From: a virus
Length of the DNA: 64,000 nt
Direction: 5' to 3' (one strand)
IMG/VR virus record: IMGVR_UViG_3300042863_000390
Coordinates: 2,286-66,285 of that record
Part shown: positions 40,783 through 47,276 of the stretch, one piece after another
Position numbering within the stretch: position 1 is the stretch's first letter
Layout of the letters: the number at the start of each line of letters is the position of its first letter
Notes under the pieces: generated by a model
Databases searched by the model: none
Told to the model about the DNA's origin: nothing
What the model saw: only the letters and a program-made list of their open reading frames with translations
Program-made: the position numbers and the translations under genes

Positions 40783-40873
40783 AGTTCTTATTTAACGAAC
40801 TCACTGCTCCCTGAGTCGAACACGATTGCCAGCTGCTCGAGCACTACATGCATGAACAACCGTGTATAGCAAC
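40783..40873 (-). ncRNA. Predicted structured small RNA (RNA-A)
   Basis: ACACGGTTG/CAATCGTGT stem, ACTCA/TGAGT hairpin whose loop GAGCA can pair with TGCTC, AGTTC/GAACT hairpin. Confidence 0.45.
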
Positions 40874-41100
40874 TACAGTTTCTTAAATCTGTATTGAGCT
40901 AATACGTATTTGTTTAAGAATTTACCTTTAGAAGGGGCTTCTCTTAAACCATTCATTACATGGTTAGGTACGTTTAAATATTCGTACGCTTTACCGCTAA
41001 TGAATAGAACAATTAATTTTTCAACACTTGGATAGTAAGCGACTTCAGAAATTGCGCTACTGTCAACCGTTAGTGATTCCACTAAGTTTACATTTGTCAT
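40873..41100 (-). CDS. KTSC domain protein
   Basis: VDSSAISEVAY...LIVLF.SG..YEY..VP........APSKGKF.N. Confidence 0.85.
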   Translation of the reverse strand: MTNVNLVESLTVDSSAISEVAYYPSVEKLIVLFISGKAYEYLNVPNHVMNGLREAPSKGKFLNKYVLAQYRFKKL

Positions 41101-41110
41101 AGTTATTATA

Positions 41111-41443
41111 TTAGATAGTTAAAAAATATTCTTCATCAAATTTATCTTTGAAACCTACATGCTTGATACCGTATACTAATATATCAAATTGATCAGAGCT
41201 AATAGGTATGCATTCTTGTTCAAATACAGAACATAAATTTTCTACAGTAGCCACAACATTACTTAATAATTTATAATTAGTTTCAAGTTCAGCAACAATG
41301 GTAGGCTCAATCAAATCATGATAGCTACCGCTGCTTTCTGTTAATTGTAATAATGTATAACCACGTAGGTTTTTTAGATAATCCATTACTTCTTGGGCTG
41401 AATAAGGATTGTTAAGCAGCCCGATATTGATTGTAAAAGTCAT
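41111..41443 (-). CDS. Hypothetical early protein
   Basis: 110-aa ORF; INIGL, EPT.V, QECI motifs. Confidence 0.6.
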   Translation of the reverse strand: MTFTINIGLLNNPYSAQEVMDYLKNLRGYTLLQLTESSGSYHDLIEPTIVAELETNYKLLSNVVATVENLCSVFEQECIPISSDQFDILVYGIKHVGFKDKFDEEYFLTI

Positions 41444-41455
41444 ATTATTTATTTA

Positions 41456-41707
41456 TTATTGGTTATATATATCGTAATAATCACTCATTGTATTTATTAA
41501 TTCTCTTCCGTATGCAGTATGAAAACCATAACTATGTGTATAATTATTTATTGGTGCATTTTCTAATAACAAATACAACATATCAAATTCATTCTGATCA
41601 AACTTTTTACTCGCTCTTGTTATAGCTTTAGCCAAGGCACTACAACTGTGTCGAGGCGTTTGATTAAGGGTATTTTCTATATAATCTTTTACTTGCTTAG
41701 CCTTCAT
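41456..41707 (-). CDS. Hypothetical early protein
   Basis: 83-aa ORF. Confidence 0.6.
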   Translation of the reverse strand: MKAKQVKDYIENTLNQTPRHSCSALAKAITRASKKFDQNEFDMLYLLLENAPINNYTHSYGFHTAYGRELINTMSDYYDIYNQ

Positions 41708-42062
41708 TTTCTTCAGGATTAAGTTTAAAATAGTCAGTTAATTCGCTAACGAATGATCTTGTAAATTGGTATGCATCGAATGAAGTATTTAACTCAAGAG
41801 TAAAACTATTGCCATATGATCCGCATAATTCAGGCTCACTCATTATAAATTCTTCAAAGTCAAAGTTATCTAATAAATCTTCAACAGAATCAGTAATATA
41901 TTTAGGCGTCAATCCAGAAGGTTTTAATTCTGATACTTCCATTAATACATTAGTACGTAGTGCACTTAATAAGTTAACAACATCATCTTTAGAAAAAATA
42001 CTTGGGTATGCATCTACAGTTTTTGTAATTTCCTGATCGAACAGGTTGTTTATATTTTCCAT
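41697..42062 (-). CDS. Hypothetical early protein
   Basis: Acidic 121-aa ORF directly after promoter copy 3. Confidence 0.6.
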   Translation of the reverse strand: MENINNLFDQEITKTVDAYPSIFSKDDVVNLLSALRTNVLMEVSELKPSGLTPKYITDSVEDLLDNFDFEEFIMSEPELCGSYGNSFTLELNTSFDAYQFTRSFVSELTDYFKLNPEENEG

Positions 42063-42079
42063 TTTATTATATTTTATTG

Positions 42080-42123
42080 GTTACATTTATATTATCATTT
42101 ATTGATCGTATTCAGACTGTAAG
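42080..42123 (-). promoter_or_regulatory. Class-I 44-bp promoter-like motif, copy 3
   Basis: Same consensus and spacing. Confidence 0.7.
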
Positions 42124-42320
42124 ATTCCATTTTCTTCAACAACTTCGCAGAATAAGGTGTATAGCAAACTTTCTATTTGCTGCAATCTATGTAATTGATG
42201 TACGGTTAAAAGCGATCTTTCTATTCTAAAATCCGTATTTAGGTTTTCTTCAATTGTTAATGTTCCTTCAAAGACTGCTAGCTTAATTAAGTCTAGTTCT
42301 TTATCGCTTAGTACTCTCAT
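42099..42320 (-). CDS. Hypothetical early protein
   Basis: 73-aa ORF. Confidence 0.5.
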   Translation of the reverse strand: MRVLSDKELDLIKLAVFEGTLTIEENLNTDFRIERSLLTVHQLHRLQQIESLLYTLFCEVVEENGILQSEYDQ

Positions 42321-42468
42321 ATATTTTTATTTCTAATGCATTGTTAAACACTCGATCGTATGCTTCTGCCATTTTATTATTATCGGCATAGTGTACAGTC
42401 TTTACTATTTCGCGCATCCACACTTCAAATGCTAATGCTTCTTGATGAGCTAATCTTTCTTTTGTCAT
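42301..42468 (-). CDS. Hypothetical early protein (55 aa, not in ORF track)
   Basis: MTKERLAHQEALAFEVWMREIVK... fills the gap in the operon. Confidence 0.5.
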   Translation of the reverse strand: MTKERLAHQEALAFEVWMREIVKTVHYADNNKMAEAYDRVFNNALEIKIYESTKR

Positions 42469-42470
42469 AA

Positions 42471-42713
42471 TTAATCTGTTAAAACTATTCTTAATGATCC
42501 ATCTTCGTTTTCGCCGGTAAAATTACCAGTTGATTCATTGTATACTAATACTATATCGAAAGCTTTAGCTACTTTAACGGCTGCAATACCAATCTCGCCT
42601 TGTAATGTTAATTCGCCGCGTCTAGGATAATACTGTATACTATAGAATACTTCAAACTCTACTTGCTCATTTACATATCTTAATTTTTCTAATAACCACA
42701 TTCTTCTATCCAT
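42471..42713 (-). CDS. Hypothetical early protein
   Basis: 80-aa ORF after promoter copy 4. Confidence 0.6.
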   Translation of the reverse strand: MDRRMWLLEKLRYVNEQVEFEVFYSIQYYPRRGELTLQGEIGIAAVKVAKAFDIVLVYNESTGNFTGENEDGSLRIVLTD

Positions 42714-42732
42714 CTTGTTATATTTTTTATTT

Positions 42733-42776
42733 GTTACATATATATTATCAATTGTTAATCGTATTTTGATTGTAGG
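42733..42776 (-). promoter_or_regulatory. Class-I 44-bp promoter-like motif, copy 4
   Basis: Same consensus and spacing. Confidence 0.7.
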
Positions 42777-42995
42777 CTACTCAATTACCTTCATAAAATC
42801 ACCATTTTTATTATATAATATGGTTAATTCAAACTTATGGTCTAGGTGACATATCATTTCGTTGATGTTAGCAAATGATAAGGCCATTGAGAATTGATCA
42901 GGAGCGGCGGTTAAACCTTCCGCTTGAGCAAGCGTGTATAGCAAACCGACGTCGAGTTGGTTACTATTACGCATTTTAATATACTCTGCTTTCAT
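42777..42995 (-). CDS. Hypothetical early protein
   Basis: 72-aa ORF. Confidence 0.6.
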   Translation of the reverse strand: MKAEYIKMRNSNQLDVGLLYTLAQAEGLTAAPDQFSMALSFANINEMICHLDHKFELTILYNKNGDFMKVIE

Positions 42996-43186
42996 TATTT
43001 TTGTTTTAAGGTTAATGCTTTAATCTTTTCGATTGTTTCAGATACAACCATGTCTACATAATCCGCAGTCATCAAAGCATTTTTACCTTGTGCTTCAACT
43101 TCTTTAATATCTTTCTTCCATTCATTCCTAATTGCATTCAATCCTTCGATTACTAAATAACTTTCAAATCCGTTTAATTTTTTCAT
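42995..43186 (-). CDS. Hypothetical early protein
   Basis: 63-aa ORF. Confidence 0.6.
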   Translation of the reverse strand: MKKLNGFESYLVIEGLNAIRNEWKKDIKEVEAQGKNALMTADYVDMVVSETIEKIKALTLKQK

Positions 43187-43187
43187 A

Positions 43188-43436
43188 CTAATATTTATCT
43201 TTAATTTCTGTTAATGTTAAGTGATAGTGATTCCAATATCCGCTTCTACTGTGTGCTTTTGCTTTTGCACCAAAGGATGATTTCATTTTAGTCTTGATTT
43301 GTTTATAGTCATTACTATTAAAACTTTTACACAAGCCATCAATATTCACCGCATTTATACGGTTCGCTCTATTACGTGCTTTCTTTTCTTCAAGATATTG
43401 ACACGCTTCTTTCATATTGTTTGCTATTGTTATCAT
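43188..43436 (-). CDS. Hypothetical early protein
   Basis: 82-aa basic ORF. Confidence 0.6.
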   Translation of the reverse strand: MITIANNMKEACQYLEEKKARNRANRINAVNIDGLCKSFNSNDYKQIKTKMKSSFGAKAKAHSRSGYWNHYHLTLTEIKDKY

Positions 43437-43437
43437 A

Positions 43438-43620
43438 TTATTTTATTAAAGTTAAACCTAATTCATTTGCCACATAATTCACATGCTTTGTAGTTGTTCT
43501 TGACCACCAACCCAATACTTTAAGGGTATCGCCATCTCGTCTTGCAACGATTGTAGAGTAACTCCATACGTCATTACCAACCATTCTTAAATTGTCTTTG
43601 TATCTATTGAACTTTCTCAT
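43438..43620 (-). CDS. Hypothetical early protein
   Basis: 60 aa, SYSTIVA...WSRTTTKHVN motif. Confidence 0.6.
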   Translation of the reverse strand: MRKFNRYKDNLRMVGNDVWSYSTIVARRDGDTLKVLGWWSRTTTKHVNYVANELGLTLIK

Positions 43621-43621
43621 A

Positions 43622-43804
43622 TTACTTTTTGATTATATAAGTTAAACCTTTAAAATTAAACCACTCACTTGTGCCGTCGGATTCTTTATTAGCATCGTAG
43701 ATAAAACCAAAACTTGGGGGTAGATCGCCGATTAAGTAAGGTGTGTATAGCAAACCGTTTAATAAGATTTGATTGTACTTTAGGAATTTAATTGAATTTG
43801 TCAT
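43622..43804 (-). CDS. Hypothetical early protein
   Basis: 60-aa ORF after promoter copy 5. Confidence 0.6.
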   Translation of the reverse strand: MTNSIKFLKYNQILLNGLLYTPYLIGDLPPSFGFIYDANKESDGTSEWFNFKGLTYIIKK

Positions 43805-43819
43805 AGTTAATTTGTTTTA

Positions 43820-43863
43820 GTTACATTTATATTATCAATTTTGAATCGTATTTATTTTGTAAA
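43820..43863 (-). promoter_or_regulatory. Class-I 44-bp promoter-like motif, copy 5
   Basis: Same consensus and spacing. Confidence 0.7.
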
Positions 43864-43870
43864 TACTTTG

Positions 43871-43942
43871 TAGTTAGGGTAGGAATCGAACCTACATTGC
43901 GGGCGCCTGATCGGCCTGAGTTTACCATTACTCCTCCTAACT
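43871..43942 (-). tRNA. tRNA-like element with defective anticodon arm
   Basis: Acceptor AGTTAGG/CCTAACT+A, D-arm GAGT-AATGGTAA-ACTC, T-arm GTAGG-TTCGATT-CCTAC; positions 27-43 do not form a canonical stem-loop. Confidence 0.6.
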
Positions 43943-43949
43943 CCTATTA

Positions 43950-44177
43950 TTAATCTTTGTACTTAACATCCGCCATGAATCTTTCAATTATACCGGCTTC
44001 AAAAGCTTCTTGTTCTTTATAGTATTTTGCACGTACTATTCTATCTAATAACCATTCAACAATCACTTCATAATCCGTGTGATGTTTAGTCATACCGTTT
44101 TCTATAATCGCTTTATAATATGTGCGCTCAGGAAAGTACGGGTTTTTATACTCTATAATTTCATAATCTCCTATCAT
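43950..44177 (-). CDS. Hypothetical early protein
   Basis: 75-aa ORF. Confidence 0.55.
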   Translation of the reverse strand: MIGDYEIIEYKNPYFPERTYYKAIIENGMTKHHTDYEVIVEWLLDRIVRAKYYKEQEAFEAGIIERFMADVKYKD

Positions 44178-44179
44178 AA

Positions 44180-44347
44180 TTAATCGTTATATATTTCAAA
44201 TTCAACATCATCAAAGTCGTTAGCGTCCAACACTATTTCTTCACCACAATACATTTCTTCCGCTAATAATCTTGCATCGACTTCATCATCGGCTTCAACT
44301 TCAATTATCTTACTTAAATACTCGGTTATTTTTACTTGATATTTCAT
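44180..44347 (-). CDS. DpnD/PcfM-like small acidic protein (55 aa, not in ORF track)
   Basis: MKYQVKITEYLSKIIEVEADDEVDARLLAEEMYCGEEIVLDANDFDDVEF. Confidence 0.65.
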   Translation of the reverse strand: MKYQVKITEYLSKIIEVEADDEVDARLLAEEMYCGEEIVLDANDFDDVEFEIYND

Positions 44348-44363
44348 ACTTTACTTTTTAATA

Positions 44364-44480
44364 TTAATCTTCATTTTCTCCATCCCAATCGGTAAACTCG
44401 CAATGTTCTAAACAATCACCACACAACTCATCATATATATGGTGTCTACTCGCGCCACAACAATCACTATATTCTTCCAT
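44364..44480 (-). CDS. Small zinc-finger protein (38 aa, not in ORF track)
   Basis: SDCCGA...CGDCLEHC. Confidence 0.6.
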   Translation of the reverse strand: MEEYSDCCGASRHHIYDELCGDCLEHCEFTDWDGENED

Positions 44481-44484
44481 ACTT

Positions 44485-44784
44485 TTATTTATTTAAATTA
44501 AACAATCTTTCACACTTTCTATTACAGTACTCAAAGTGAGCCCATATCGCCGCATTAATTTTACCAACTTCGTCGTTTCTCGCATCTAAATACGGTTCAA
44601 TCGAGTGATAAAAGTCGGTTAACTCTTCGTCAATATAATTAAAATCTCGTTTAAACATATCAAGTTCATCACCTTGCATGTAATTTAACCCAATTATATC
44701 TTCATCTTCTTTAATGATTAAAATATATCTATCATCGCCATCACACCACACTATTTCTCTACTTTCTACTACTTTATAATTCAT
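44485..44784 (-). CDS. Hypothetical early protein
   Basis: 99-aa ORF. Confidence 0.6.
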   Translation of the reverse strand: MNYKVVESREIVWCDGDDRYILIIKEDEDIIGLNYMQGDELDMFKRDFNYIDEELTDFYHSIEPYLDARNDEVGKINAAIWAHFEYCNRKCERLFNLNK

Positions 44785-44808
44785 ATTGTATTTTTTTACT
44801 TATTAATA

Positions 44809-44907
44809 TTAGTTTCTTAGGGCCATAGAGGCGTATTTCGCTTGAATTAAGAACTCTTTTTTTACTTTTAATAATACCACTCTAAAGGCACTTGAATAAC
44901 GTCTCAT
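44809..44907 (-). CDS. Micro-ORF (32 aa)
   Basis: MRRYSSAFRVVLLKVKKEFLIQAKYASMALRN directly after promoter copy 6. Confidence 0.4.
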   Translation of the reverse strand: MRRYSSAFRVVLLKVKKEFLIQAKYASMALRN

Positions 44908-44931
44908 ATTTACTTGTTTTAGTTTGTTTTT

Positions 44932-44975
44932 GTTACACTTATATTATCATTTCACAATCGTATTTTTATTGTAAA
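44932..44975 (-). promoter_or_regulatory. Class-I 44-bp promoter-like motif, copy 6
   Basis: Same consensus and spacing. Confidence 0.7.
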
Positions 44976-45080
44976 GAGGTTGAACTCTATTTGCTTACTT
45001 TTAACTAAGAGCAGGTATTACAGAGTATCCCTTTGTTTGCAAGCCTTTTCAACCATTTTACCATCGATTATTGTTATTTT

Positions 45081-45124
45081 GTTACATATATATTATCAAA
45101 TTGAGTTCGTGTTGATATTGTAAG
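45081..45124 (-). promoter_or_regulatory. Class-I 44-bp promoter-like motif, copy 7
   Basis: Same consensus and spacing. Confidence 0.7.
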
Positions 45125-45203
45125 CACTTTTTGAGTGAAAATAGAAAATAGTTAACTATAGTGTAGGACGGAGTCTACTCTTTCGACAGTGTTTCAGTGC
45201 CAG

Positions 45204-45247
45204 ACTACACATATATTATCAAATTACCGTCGTAATGTTATTGTAAG
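45204..45247 (-). promoter_or_regulatory. Class-I 44-bp promoter-like motif, copy 8
   Basis: Same consensus and spacing. Confidence 0.7.
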
Positions 45248-45314
45248 GGGTTTTTAGGTGGATGCTATACGCGTTGCTATACACTTTGTGTAAGGTTCCG
45301 ATGGAACACTTTGT

Positions 45315-45371
45315 AAAAGTGTGACATTAGCTCATTAAGTTAATAATATAGTAGGCTAACGTCGCACTTTT
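45315..45371 (+). promoter_or_regulatory. Quasi-palindromic site, copy A
   Basis: AAAAGTGTGACATTAG-N24-GCTAACGTCGCACTTTT. Confidence 0.75.
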
Positions 45372-45373
45372 TA

Positions 45374-45574
45374 TTATAGGTTTTCTATCTCTTTTTTAAC
45401 TTCGTTCCAATTTATATCCTGACCGTAGCATTCGTATTTACTGCATCCGCTTTTTTCTTTAATTATCTCAGTAACCACTATCAATGCGCATTGTTTAGCA
45501 TCTAACATTAAATAATGTTTTGATTCATAATTAAACTTATTTACTAACTCTTCTGCTTTTTCTTTTGGTGTCAT
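45374..45574 (-). CDS. MTPKEKA-type small protein
   Basis: MTPKEKAEELV.KF...AKQCALI.V.EI...W.EVKKEIENL. Confidence 0.65.
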   Translation of the reverse strand: MTPKEKAEELVNKFNYESKHYLMLDAKQCALIVVTEIIKEKSGCSKYECYGQDINWNEVKKEIENL

Positions 45575-45586
45575 AATCTTATTTGT

Positions 45587-45630
45587 TTTACATTATTATT
45601 ATCATTATTCACTCGTATTTAGATTGTAGA
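45587..45630 (-). promoter_or_regulatory. Class-I 44-bp promoter-like motif, copy 9
   Basis: Same consensus and spacing. Confidence 0.7.
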
Positions 45631-45636
45631 AGAGAC

Positions 45637-45987
45637 TTATTCAGCCTCAACTACTTCTAAAACCTCAACCGTAGCCAAATGTCTTACATTACTTGGCATA
45701 TCGGTAGATTGCGACCAATATTCACGTTTAATCCAACATGGCATAAGGTTTAACTTTGGCAACATAACTTTTAGAACCTCGTCATGATTGTAAGTTATAC
45801 GTTGATTCTTGTTATTCACGAATGTGATTACTTGATTACGACCCAACCAAGACTTTCTTACTACAAAGTTAGCTCTTTCGATTGGTGGATAGATTAAAGC
45901 CAAGTCTTCAGGAGACAGTTTAGCAATGGCTTCAGCGATTAATTCTTTAGATGATTTTACAACTTCGTTTGTTACTTGATTTTTCAT
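45637..45987 (-). CDS. Hypothetical protein, first gene of the minus-strand arm
   Basis: 116-aa ORF after two tandem promoter motifs. Confidence 0.65.
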   Translation of the reverse strand: MKNQVTNEVVKSSKELIAEAIAKLSPEDLALIYPPIERANFVVRKSWLGRNQVITFVNNKNQRITYNHDEVLKVMLPKLNLMPCWIKREYWSQSTDMPSNVRHLATVEVLEVVEAE

Positions 45988-46015
45988 ATTATTATATTTA
46001 ATTTGTTATTACTTA

Positions 46016-46059
46016 GTTACACTTATATTATCAATTAGACTTCGTATTCTTATTGTAAG
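46016..46059 (-). promoter_or_regulatory. Class-I 44-bp promoter-like motif, copy 10
   Basis: Same consensus and spacing. Confidence 0.7.
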
Positions 46060-46086
46060 AACTTCTTAACCATTTGGTGCTTGTTG

Positions 46087-46130
46087 CTTACATATATATT
46101 ATCAAATACCATTCGTACTCAGACTGTAGG
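46087..46130 (-). promoter_or_regulatory. Class-I 44-bp promoter-like motif, copy 11
   Basis: Same consensus and spacing. Confidence 0.7.
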
Positions 46131-46133
46131 GAA

Positions 46134-46222
46134 TGCTATACGCAAATGCTATACATTTGCTATACGCTTCGCGTGTTACCACGCTCCACGTATCGGTCTC
46201 CATACGCATCACGTATCGGTTC
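46134..46222 (+). repeat. TGCTATAC x3 and CACGTATCGGT x2 short direct repeats
   Basis: Seen at 46134, 46147, 46158; CACGTATCGGT twice within 46187-46222. Confidence 0.8.
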
Positions 46223-46423
46223 ATTATAATAAACACACAGCAATACATTATAACAAACAAACGGTGCTCACAGCAGCTCCAGTGTTCTCCTAGCAATAGC
46301 CAGATCATACGCCATGCGTACCGGAAAAGGCAAAACATTTCGAAAAGAACCAAAAAAAATACGGGGGGTGGGTAAAATCAAAGTCGTTTTCTTTCTGGGC
46401 GGTGCAGGCCAAAACAGGTGTAT

Positions 46424-46528
46424 AACCCCTTGCTTTATTATTTGTAATGTACTTTTATAAAATCAACCCCTTACTTTATTATTTGTGATATAATTTTTTA
46501 ATTTACCCCTTTATTATATATTTGTAAT
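46424..46528 (+). repeat. Three iteron-like repeats ACCCCTT...TTATTAT..TTGTRAT at about 40-bp period
   Basis: Copies at 46424, 46465, 46505. Confidence 0.75.
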
Positions 46529-46565
46529 ACAAATTTAAAAGAACGTGTACATATTATTATTATAT

Positions 46566-46619
46566 AAAAGTGTGACGTTAGGTAGTTATATTAAATAAAT
46601 AGCAGGCTAATGTCGCACT
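46566..46619 (+). promoter_or_regulatory. Quasi-palindromic site, copy B
   Basis: AAAAGTGTGACGTTAG-N24-GCTAATGTCGCACT. Confidence 0.75.
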
Positions 46620-46672
46620 GTAAGATTGGTTAACTATGCGTGATTGTATATACTATATTAAACGTTCAGATT

Positions 46673-46948
46673 ATGGAATATACTTTTGGTATACAGTCAC
46701 CTTTATTGAAGCAGAAACTATCTCCTATTGCGGCTAAGGCAAAGGCGAAGAGAGATTTGGCGTATGCTAAGACGGATGATAGAACGGCGAAGAAGGCACA
46801 TGCTCAAAGAATGCATCGTAAGAATCCCGGTAAGAAAGGTATGGACTATGATCATGAAGACGGTAGGTTTGAATCTGTGAAACAGAACAGAGGAAATGAG
46901 GGTGAGGGTACAAAAAAAGAAAGTGGTAAAGATTATAAAATAAAGTAA
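46673..46948 (+). CDS. Small basic protein with HNH-like remnant
   Basis: Likely start MEYTFG; DYDH...NRG; SPLLKQK tag. Confidence 0.6.
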   Translation: MEYTFGIQSPLLKQKLSPIAAKAKAKRDLAYAKTDDRTAKKAHAQRMHRKNPGKKGMDYDHEDGRFESVKQNRGNEGEGTKKESGKDYKIK

Positions 46949-46949
46949 T

Positions 46950-47276
46950 ATGAACGCAAGAGGAATAGGGCCGCAAGGTCTAGGAACAAGTAAGAATAAT
47001 GGGTATACGATTGGCGAAGCCAAAGGAGGATGTAAATGCAAAGGTATGTGCCAATGCGGTAAAAGCCCAATGAAGAAGTTAAAAGATTTAAGCGGTGACG
47101 GTAAAGTTACTCAGAAGGATGTTTTAATCGGCAGAGGTGTTATTGAATCGCCAATGAAGCAGAAGTCTCCGTTGAAGCTTAAAGATGCATGTTATAATAA
47201 AGTGAAAGCAAGTTATAAGGTATTCCCTTCGGCATATGCTTCAGGAGCTATCGCTAAATGCAGAAAAAATAAATAA
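46950..47276 (+). CDS. Small basic modular protein
   Basis: SPMK/SPLK tags, EF-hand-like DLSGDGKVTQKD, DACY.KVK..Y.VFPSAYASG..AKCRK module. Confidence 0.65.
   Translation: MNARGIGPQGLGTSKNNGYTIGEAKGGCKCKGMCQCGKSPMKKLKDLSGDGKVTQKDVLIGRGVIESPMKQKSPLKLKDACYNKVKASYKVFPSAYASGAIAKCRKNK

Noticed and set aside
40585-43942. Suppressor or selenocysteine tRNA and stop-codon recoding (TCA triplets in tRNA-like middles)
   Set aside because: TCA is not in a canonical 7-nt loop after U33, and all long genes are open in the standard code with TAA, TAG and TGA used as stops
45150-45205. Hammerhead ribozyme (CTGA...CGAAA on minus strand)
   Set aside because: Core reads CTGAAAC rather than CUGANGA, stem II is missing and there is no NUH site
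35194-46130. 44-bp repeats as a CRISPR or mini-array
   Set aside because: Spacing is irregular (27 bp to 5 kb), conservation is limited to short boxes, and no cas genes are present; fits promoters better
46081-46375. ORFs 46081-46293, 46102-46353 and 46133-46375
   Set aside because: Overlap promoter and repeat elements, atypical composition, weak starts; region looks non-coding
39508-46619. Palindromes as site-specific recombination or inversion sites
   Set aside because: No tyrosine or serine recombinase in the window and a 24-nt spacer is far longer than typical crossover cores
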